Below are positions 1 to 6,459 of a stretch of DNA of 6,502 bases, piece after piece; position 1 is the first letter of the stretch; every line of letters begins with the position of its first letter. The position numbers and the translations under genes are program-made. The stretch is from Fonticula alba ATCC 38817 (Eukaryota > Protista > Nucleariida), in assembly GCA_000388065.2 (NCBI GenBank), contig KK197999.1; one strand, given 5' to 3'. The notes below the pieces were generated by a model, which saw nothing but the letters and a program-made list of their open reading frames with translations, made no database searches and was not told the DNA's origin.

Positions 1-183
1 GTGATCTCCATATCGGAGAACAAGCCTCGGTGAATCAGTCCGAGCGTTTCACTATCCTTTCTAGGGTCATCTTGACACGTCCTCTCACCGAACACGGTAA
101 CGTTGTCCATTCCCCTCCCCCCCATCTCGACTTCTATCTCCGAACCCTCGAGGGAAGATTACATTCACCTCGAAATTCCCACG

Positions 184-2691
184 ATGAGCAACGTTTCCCT
201 TGCCCTCGCCGACCGCAGGAAGATGGAGGGTGTTCGCGCCCTCTATGCACAGGTGGTACACTTCCTCAACAGCACTCAGATAAACCTGAGCGTTCCGTTC
301 GAGGGTAGGCAGCTGCCCGTGCATCTCTTCATCTCCGGCAACCGCAGCATGGACAGCGGTGCCATGCTAATGGGGCTCTACGCCGCGGTCGCCCTAGGTT
401 TCGACCCTAAGCAGTACGATGGTATCGGCGAGCTAATCAGGCTTGTCGTGCGCCACCTGCCGCAGGACGACCATGTCGCTTTTGGGTTCTTCTACACGCT
501 GTTATCCAAGTGCGACACCACGAATTGGCCGCGAGTCAGGGAGGCCGACGACCTCTTCACAGGGGTGCTGAGCGGCATTCACGAGGAGCGACCAGACGTG
601 CACGGCTACTACGAGGCCCAGGTCTTCGACGTCGAAATGCTCACGGAGGAGCACAGACGCCAGACCGCTGGTGTGATTGGATTCCACGGCAAGATAATAC
701 GGCCGTCTGCCGTGTCCACGCACCGGGCAAGCCTCAGCCCCACGCTCATCCACACCTTCGACACGCCTGGATGCCAGGATGTCATGAGGCAGGCGATGGT
801 CTTCTCGCAGCAGCGACAGCACATTGCGACTGCTGCGCAGGAGCACAACATCATCATCACCATCACGGATCAAATGCTCACGCACTTGATTGAGCAGAGC
901 ACCACGCCAATGGTTGCGCTGAACCGTGAAATGGAGGAGTATCGCCGACAGATGAGCTCCATGCAGGAGAATACGGAGGAGCTCAATGCTCACCTGCAAT
1001 CGGTGCACAATGCGCTGCGCGCGCATGAGTTCGTCATGCACAACTTCGAGCGCCGCACTTTCGAGGAGCATCAAAGAAGCGAGCACCGCACGGCGCACAT
1101 CGAGAGCGCCTTGAGCCATCACAACGACCAGCTGCACGAGCTGCGCATCCTCCTTACCTCGCTGACCTCAAGCGTGAAGGACATGCACGTCAACATGAAG
1201 GCTCAAGAGGAGCGCAGTCTTCGGACGATAGAGCGGCTCACCCGCAACGAGGTGATCGCTGAGGAGGCCAGCCGTCGAGTGGTTGACACACAGCACGAAG
1301 TGGTGCGCGAACGCACCATTCGGGAGCAGTCACCACCGCCAAGGGTAATCTATGTGCCCGTATCTTCGGCGTCGGCCCCGAGTTCACTCTCGCCGGGAAG
1401 CCCGGCCACCATCTCGCAGGAGGATCTTGCTCGGATCCACACCCTGCAATCTCAGGGTTTGAACTTCAACACCGTAGGGTCCCTCCCAATTCCGGATACC
1501 CCCGCGGAGCGGAAACCGACCGTGGTTCTCCCCCCGGGGCCCAACCCGACTCCAGGTAGCCCCGTGAGTTCGCCCCGTGGCATTCCCTCGGAATCAAGTT
1601 CGTCCGAGGGCAGCCTCCACACTTCGGCCACACTCAGGCCCAACCTGGAGAGGCAATTCAACAACGTTGCCCCTTACTCCAGCCAGGAGCTTATGCTGAT
1701 CAACCGGGAGAGCGTCGTCCGCCGCGCTCGCCTGCAGCGACTCAAGGAGCAGTTCGCTCCGAAGCATCCGGATATGGAGTTGGACCCGTCCTTCGTGCCG
1801 ATTCGCATCGGCATCATGTTCTCTCTGACAGAGGACGATGTCTCTGCTCTACTAGAGGACGCATTCTCTCGGGAAGGAACCTCGAGCAAGCTGCGTCAAG
1901 TCTTCAAGTTCGACAAGACCCGCATTGGCGCGGCGCTTCAGATTCGCGAGGCGCTGCAGGCCACCTACAAGCATGAACTTTCCGTCAAACAGTTCATTTC
2001 CCTCCTTCCCAGCCCTCTGGTCGACCGAATGGGTCTGAACCCCCATGAGGACCCGGACGCCTTCACTGCAGACATTTGCAGCTTCTTGGAGGAGGGTGAC
2101 GATGTTGATGCGAATATCTTGTTCGCTATTTACAACAACTGCTGGGAGTATGCCACTTCAACAAAGGATCTTGGCAAGGCCATGGCCAAGACCTGTGCGA
2201 ACCTGGGTTACTACCCGCCGCACCGCCTCTTCTGGCAAATTCTGCTGGCACGCACGCAACCCGTTGCCAAGAGCTCCCGGCAACTCCCCTCCAACCTCCT
2301 GGACCAGTCTCCCTTCCGACTGCTCTCCGAGGCGTCCGACATCAAGCTTCCACCCATGGGTGACTTCTTCTGCATTGCGTCCGACCGCCAGGCCTTCCTG
2401 AAGGCAAATGGCACTGGCGGCAATACGGTGAAATTGCTGGCAGCGCTGCTGCCTAACTCCTCCACGGCTTCGGCAGAGCGTGGAGCGGACCGCAAGAAGA
2501 CATCCAACTTCAACGCATCTGCGGGCAAGACCTTCGAGTCCACTCGCAACGTGGAAGCCACTGATGCGACCACCAGCACCACTTCGCCCAACACTGCGAA
2601 GCACACGCAGTCCAACACCAAGCCGAACTTCAACAAGAAGTCCAAGGGCAAGTACCACGACAAGTCCGTCAATCACAACTTCATCGATGAT
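184..2691 (+). other. gag: Gag-like region: N-terminal domain, coiled coil, Pro/Ser-rich linker, putative helical capsid-like region, basic low-complexity tail
   Basis: Assigned by position upstream of the protease. Heptad pattern at 910-1329; P/S-rich at 1330-1630; helical-looking segment about 1690-2450 containing GLNPHEDPDAF (2032-2064), loosely like the G..EDP..F start of capsid domains; K/N/T-rich tail ending in SVNHNF (2665-2682). No capsid MHR or zinc knuckle recognised. Confidence 0.6.
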
Positions 2692-5600
2692 GCTGAAATG
2701 GCATCCATCGAACGAGAGAATCACCGTTTCTCTGAGCAGAACTTCTACGTCTGCCTGGACACTGATGTGGGTCCGGCACTCGTATGTCTCATCGATACCG
2801 GCGCCGAGATTTCTCTGATTCCGCGCTGGATCGTGACAAAACTCTCCCTGAAGGTCACCCTGGCCCCCCTTCGGATTGGGCAGGCCACTGGCCCCTCAAG
2901 GGAAGTTCAGGAGTTTGTGGAGATCACGTTCTCCACGCAAACGGGTCGGGCAGCTCACACCCGACTCTACATCACGGATACGCCCATGCGTGGGCCCATC
3001 CTCTGCAAGCGGACATCGACTTTTCTAGTTCCGTCCCTCTTGGAGGCCATCCGAGGGGTATCCAGCTCCTCCCCTCCAGTCCTCCCTTCTCCTTGCGACC
3101 TGCTTCCTCGCCCTCCCCCGACTCTCCGCTTCGATCTTTACTTCTCAACAGAGTTCTCAGGGCATGTCCGCACCGAGGTGCCGGTTCCCACCGGCCAGAT
3201 GTACCCCGAATGTGCGGAGGTCGCGCAGAAGCTGATGGCTCTGCCGGAGTTCCCAGTCTTCCGCAATGTGCAGCCTTTGCAGATTGAACTGTTGTCAACT
3301 GACCGGTGGCCCTCCACCGGACAGCGGCAGTACACGGCTTTCTACCAAGAGGTAATTGCTAATTGGCTGGCCGATGCCACGAGCAATGACCTGATCGAAC
3401 CCGCTCTTCCGCATATCTCTGCCGCCCACCTTACCGTGGTTCCCAAGCCCGGCTCCAATAAGCACCGTGTCTGCACCGATCTGCGCGTGGCCAACCAGTA
3501 CATCAAGACCATCGAGGCGCCCATTCCTCGAGCGCAGATCCTCCTGAAGACCGCCGCGAGTGCGCGTATCTTCTCTACCCTGGATCTTTCCAACGCTTTC
3601 TTCCATATCCCTATTCATCCGGACAGCCGGGATATTCTTCGATTCCGCTTCAAGAACCAGTACTTTCGCTGGAAGCGGATGCCCTTTGGCTTAAACATTG
3701 CCACCCAGGTATTCACGACCGTTATGGACGAAATCCTGCTTCCCGTACAGGACTTCGCGGTCGCCTACGTCGATGACATCCTCGTCTTCTCCAACAGCGC
3801 TGACGAGCATATCCAGCATGTGAAGCGTGTGCTGGACCTTCTCCTCGATTGCCACGCCAAGATCAACATCGAGAAGTGTCACTTCGGCGTGGATGAAGTT
3901 ATTTTCCTCGGCCATCGCATCGGAAAGGGCCAGGTGAATATCACCTTCGACAGGGTCGCGTGCATCCTTGCTGTGCCGCGCCCAGAGAGGGTATCTGATC
4001 CTCGTTCCTTCCTCGGAATGATCAACTACGTCATCGAATGGATCCCCAATGCTGGGGAGATCCTCGCCCCACTGTTTGCACAGGTGGGCGGGTCAGGACC
4101 GGAAAACAAGAGGCGTCGGCTCAAGTGGACCGACGAGATGATCTCGGCCTTCGAAAAGGCCAAGCAGCTTGTCTCCGACGCCCGGGCCCTGGCGGCCCCA
4201 GACCCAAACCGGCCCTACATCGTCGTCACTGATGCCTCCGATGTCGGCATCGGTGCAGTGCTTCTGCAGCGAGCTGATGGCCAGCTCGAGCGTAAGGCCA
4301 CGGACTCGGATCCGAAGGACCCGAAGTTCCAGCTCCAGGAGCTCAAGCCCGTTTCCTACTTCTCGAGGAAACTGAGTTCCGCAGAAACACGCTACTCGCC
4401 ACATGAGCGCGAGTTGCTCGCTATGGTGAGCGCACTGCGGCAATGGGATCATTGGCTGCAAAATGGCCACCCGATCACCATTCTCACGGACAATGCTGCC
4501 AACGTCCACTGGTATAGCCAGAAGCCCCGTGTGCCCCGGGTCATCCGCGCCATGAATGCTCTTTCGACAATTCCCAACCTGGTGATCTACCACCTACCCG
4601 GTGAAAAGAACGTCGTGGCCGACGGCTGCTCCCGACTGCCCACGGGTGCTCATGTTCATGAGACCCCGCACCCGTTGGATATTGCTCCATATGACCCCAA
4701 GGTCTCCTCAGATCGGGAAGAGGCGCCTACACTCCCGAAGACCAAGCTTATCCACCGTCAAACCAGGACGGCGGTCTTCCCCCCGTCGTCCAACCTGGCT
4801 TCCACTGTACCCGAGGAGCTGAGTCCTCATATGTCTTCCATCGTCGACACCAACACCAACCAGTACAATGAGTTGCTGATTCCCATGGTGCTGTTCACGG
4901 CGGTTGACCTGACGCCAGGATCCCGTATGCACGATACGATCACCCTCGTGCAGAAGGCCCTTCCCAACAAGGGAACCTACGAGATGCGGGATGGCATCTA
5001 CTATCTCAAGGGCCGAATCGCACTACCTAAGCTAGGTGTGCCCAATGTGGTGTGGGCTCTCCACCACCACCCCCAGATGGCTCACCCGGGCACCGAGGCC
5101 CTCAACGCCATCCTCCGGGAGCACTTCATCGCCCCCGGCCTCACTGAGCACACGTCTAAGCTTCTCAAGCAGTGTCACCTGTGCTCGATGCTCAAGCCTG
5201 CTAACATGAGGATGCAAAATCCATCCAAGCGTCATCCTATCACTGAGGTCTTCGAGAGACTTGATATGGATTTCACTGTGTTCCAGCCGACCAACATGGA
5301 GGAGAGGATCCGAATCCTGTTGGCGGTTGACGCACTCTCGCGCTTCATCTTCGTCATCCCCGTCAGCAAGAGCATCACCTCCAAGGAGCTTCTGGCTCTC
5401 ATCGACTTCCACATCTTCGGCATCAGGGTGCCTGCCAGCATCAAGACCGACAACGAGGCCACCTTCAAGAGTCAACGCTGGAGCAGGCGTTTGACCAGGA
5501 TGGGAATCCTGCCCCGCTACTCGATTGCCTATCAACCACAGTCAAATGGTCTGGTAGAGCGAGCGATCCGTTCCTGGAAGCAGTCGCTTTCGATCGAGGC

Positions 5601-6216
5601 CATGCGGAGCATGCCCCGAGACCTCGACGGCTGGCTTCTCCTCTGTCAGCAAGCTGCTGATCGCTACAATGTGACTCCAAACTTCACTGGGTATTCGCCG
5701 TGCCAGATCCTGACGGGCCAGAAGGGCCTGCCCCCGAGCAATGGCCTGGTCCGGTCAACGCGCACTCAACAATGGCGACGCAGGAACTTTCTGCGAGACC
5801 TGGAGAGCATTCCCGGGTTTCCATATGACATCAAGATTCCCATGGACCGTGAAGATCTCAACACCATTCGTGAAGAGATAGTCAAGCAGGACGCAGTACG
5901 CATTGAACGCCGCCGTAAGTGGACCTTGAAGAACTCACAGCGGCATGACTTCGTCGCTGGTGACAAGGTATACGTCACTCTGAATGAGTCAGAGCGTCAG
6001 CGATTGGGCAACAAACGCATTCGCTGGCGCACCCACTGGGACCCGCAGACCATCCTGGAGGTCCGCGACAACTCTCTGGTCCTGGAAGGAGTGATTCCAG
6101 GACGCAAGTCCCAAATTGTCTCCGTCAACCAAGTACGCAAGGCTCCGGTTTTTCTTGCGCTCGAAAGAACCCATACACGGCACCATCCAGCCGCCGCTGG
6201 CGGACCAGGAGGATGA
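184..6216 (+). CDS. gag-pol: Gag-Pol polyprotein in a single frame (2010 aa from ATG 184; ORF track extends it to TTG 103, 2037 aa)
   Basis: No stop or frameshift over about 6.1 kb. In-frame TGA at 73-75 bounds it upstream. First in-frame ATG at 184-186 has A at -3 (cccACGATGa), a good eukaryotic context. Strong C/G preference at third codon positions throughout. Amino-acid numbers elsewhere use the 103 start. Confidence 0.95.
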   Translation: MSNVSLALADRRKMEGVRALYAQVVHFLNSTQINLSVPFEGRQLPVHLFISGNRSMDSGAMLMGLYAAVALGFDPKQYDGIGELIRLVVRHLPQDDHVAFGFFYTLLSKCDTTNWPRVREADDLFTGVLSGIHEERPDVHGYYEAQVFDVEMLTEEHRRQTAGVIGFHGKIIRPSAVSTHRASLSPTLIHTFDTPGCQDVMRQAMVFSQQRQHIATAAQEHNIIITITDQMLTHLIEQSTTPMVALNREMEEYRRQMSSMQENTEELNAHLQSVHNALRAHEFVMHNFERRTFEEHQRSEHRTAHIESALSHHNDQLHELRILLTSLTSSVKDMHVNMKAQEERSLRTIERLTRNEVIAEEASRRVVDTQHEVVRERTIREQSPPPRVIYVPVSSASAPSSLSPGSPATISQEDLARIHTLQSQGLNFNTVGSLPIPDTPAERKPTVVLPPGPNPTPGSPVSSPRGIPSESSSSEGSLHTSATLRPNLERQFNNVAPYSSQELMLINRESVVRRARLQRLKEQFAPKHPDMELDPSFVPIRIGIMFSLTEDDVSALLEDAFSREGTSSKLRQVFKFDKTRIGAALQIREALQATYKHELSVKQFISLLPSPLVDRMGLNPHEDPDAFTADICSFLEEGDDVDANILFAIYNNCWEYATSTKDLGKAMAKTCANLGYYPPHRLFWQILLARTQPVAKSSRQLPSNLLDQSPFRLLSEASDIKLPPMGDFFCIASDRQAFLKANGTGGNTVKLLAALLPNSSTASAERGADRKKTSNFNASAGKTFESTRNVEATDATTSTTSPNTAKHTQSNTKPNFNKKSKGKYHDKSVNHNFIDDAEMASIERENHRFSEQNFYVCLDTDVGPALVCLIDTGAEISLIPRWIVTKLSLKVTLAPLRIGQATGPSREVQEFVEITFSTQTGRAAHTRLYITDTPMRGPILCKRTSTFLVPSLLEAIRGVSSSSPPVLPSPCDLLPRPPPTLRFDLYFSTEFSGHVRTEVPVPTGQMYPECAEVAQKLMALPEFPVFRNVQPLQIELLSTDRWPSTGQRQYTAFYQEVIANWLADATSNDLIEPALPHISAAHLTVVPKPGSNKHRVCTDLRVANQYIKTIEAPIPRAQILLKTAASARIFSTLDLSNAFFHIPIHPDSRDILRFRFKNQYFRWKRMPFGLNIATQVFTTVMDEILLPVQDFAVAYVDDILVFSNSADEHIQHVKRVLDLLLDCHAKINIEKCHFGVDEVIFLGHRIGKGQVNITFDRVACILAVPRPERVSDPRSFLGMINYVIEWIPNAGEILAPLFAQVGGSGPENKRRRLKWTDEMISAFEKAKQLVSDARALAAPDPNRPYIVVTDASDVGIGAVLLQRADGQLERKATDSDPKDPKFQLQELKPVSYFSRKLSSAETRYSPHERELLAMVSALRQWDHWLQNGHPITILTDNAANVHWYSQKPRVPRVIRAMNALSTIPNLVIYHLPGEKNVVADGCSRLPTGAHVHETPHPLDIAPYDPKVSSDREEAPTLPKTKLIHRQTRTAVFPPSSNLASTVPEELSPHMSSIVDTNTNQYNELLIPMVLFTAVDLTPGSRMHDTITLVQKALPNKGTYEMRDGIYYLKGRIALPKLGVPNVVWALHHHPQMAHPGTEALNAILREHFIAPGLTEHTSKLLKQCHLCSMLKPANMRMQNPSKRHPITEVFERLDMDFTVFQPTNMEERIRILLAVDALSRFIFVIPVSKSITSKELLALIDFHIFGIRVPASIKTDNEATFKSQRWSRRLTRMGILPRYSIAYQPQSNGLVERAIRSWKQSLSIEAMRSMPRDLDGWLLLCQQAADRYNVTPNFTGYSPCQILTGQKGLPPSNGLVRSTRTQQWRRRNFLRDLESIPGFPYDIKIPMDREDLNTIREEIVKQDAVRIERRRKWTLKNSQRHDFVAGDKVYVTLNESERQRLGNKRIRWRTHWDPQTILEVRDNSLVLEGVIPGRKSQIVSVNQVRKAPVFLALERTHTRHHPAAAGGPGG
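2746..3027 (+). other. Retropepsin-type aspartic protease domain
   Basis: VCLIDTGAEISLI with catalytic DTG at 2794-2802; flap-like IGQATG; C-terminal motif reads PILCK rather than the usual ILG. Confidence 0.9.
3340..4200 (+). other. Reverse transcriptase domain (core plus thumb/connection)
   Basis: LIEP; VVPK...RVCTDLR; FSTLDLSNAFFHIPI (Asp at 3583); WKRMPFGL (3670-3693); YVDD at 3766-3777; KCHFGVDEVIFLGH; RSFLGMINY; WTDEMISAFEKAK. Confidence 0.96.
4213..4635 (+). other. Ty3/Gypsy-type RNase H domain
   Basis: PYIVVTDASDVGIGAVLLQ (D 4231); PVSYFSRKL...ETRYSPHERELLA (E 4411); ITILTD (D 4489); HLPGEKNVVADGCSR (D 4621). Confidence 0.95.
4978..6144 (+). other. Integrase: HHCC zinc-binding domain, DDE core, SH3-like C-terminal domain
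   Basis: H(5062)-X6-H(5083)-X29-C(5173)-X2-C(5182), the typical Ty3/Gypsy spacing. Catalytic D 5269 (LDMDF), D 5449 (KTDN), E 5557 (QSNGLVER) with exact D-X35-E spacing. YNVTP..TGYSP; FVAGDKVYV (5950-5976); VSVNQVRK. Confidence 0.95.
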
Positions 6217-6217
6217 G
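6207..6217 (+). promoter_or_regulatory. Candidate polypurine tract (plus-strand primer) overlapping the last codons and stop of pol
   Basis: AGGAGGATGAG (10 of 11 purines) followed directly by TG at 6218-6219, the canonical LTR 5' dinucleotide. Short and interrupted, so tentative. Confidence 0.4.
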
Positions 6218-6349
6218 TGGCCCCTGCCGAGTTTCGGGGGCCACCCGATTGGATTCGACGAGCGATGCCGGCCCGTGACTTTGTCACGGTGCATGGGCAC
6301 TCCAAGTTTTCCCCGTCACCTTCCGTGGAAGGGATTTGCGGCTTTCGAG

Positions 6350-6395
6350 GAGCGAGTCCATCGTCCCACACCTCTCCCAAGCGATGGACTCGCTC
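6350..6395. repeat. Perfect 14-bp inverted repeat
   Basis: GAGCGAGTCCATCG (6350-6363) is the exact reverse complement of CGATGGACTCGCTC (6382-6395). Extends to 18 bp (6347-6364 / 6381-6398) with two G-U pairs; the remaining loop is 16 nt and C-rich. Confidence 0.92.
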
Positions 6396-6449
6396 TTCAC
6401 CCCACCAATGTAACCTTCGCCGCCCAAATCCCAGAATTGGTCACGGGTT

Positions 6450-6459
6450 GTCACGTGAC
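6450..6459. promoter_or_regulatory. Perfect 10-bp palindrome GTCACGTGAC (extended E-box/G-box, bHLH-ZIP-type site)
   Basis: The sequence is seen directly and matches the extended CACGTG consensus bound by USF/TFEB/Cbf1-type factors. Function as a binding site is inferred. Confidence 0.45.

Noticed and set aside
1-19. Possible PBS if the window end (TTGGG) were joined to the window start as a circle
   Set aside because: No terminal overlap supports circularity, and the implied complement does not give a recognisable tRNA 3' end.
30-308. 92-aa upstream overlapping ORF from GTG 30
   Set aside because: Non-ATG start, no motif, composition consistent with an off-frame read.
361-402. Hydrophobic stretch AMLMGLYAAVALGF as a transmembrane helix or signal peptide
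   Set aside because: Only 14 residues, internal, and more consistent with a buried helix.
502-1137. 211-aa antisense ORF, plus other antisense and alternate-frame ORFs (for example 2158-2724, 2784-3287, 4093-4593, 5032-5535)
   Set aside because: All overlap the main ORF, have no recognisable motifs and are expected shadows of strong third-position GC bias.
2212-2229. YPPHRL resembling a YPXnL late domain
   Set aside because: Lies in the predicted folded region, is a short degenerate motif, and there is no env or other sign of budding.
5542-5754. SNGLV peptide occurs twice in integrase (5542-5556 and 5737-5751)
   Set aside because: Only five residues, different synonymous codons, and unrelated flanks; probably chance.
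6236-6300. HDV/CPEB3-like ribozyme suggested by GGGGGCCAC and a P4-like hairpin
   Set aside because: Could not build consistent P1, P2, P3 and P1.1 helices or the L3 and J4/2 consensus.
6217-6304. tRNA-like or SECIS-like element (GGATTCGA, ends near CTCCA; follows a UGA)
   Set aside because: No cloverleaf with correct arm spacing and no AUGA/AA/GA SECIS core.
6340-6400. Hammerhead-like arrangement on the minus strand (GUGAAGA - stem - CGAAA)
   Set aside because: The core needs CUGANGA but reads GUGAAGA, and five extra bases separate the stem from GAAA. Plus-strand CTGAGAA (6465-6471) also fails the consensus.
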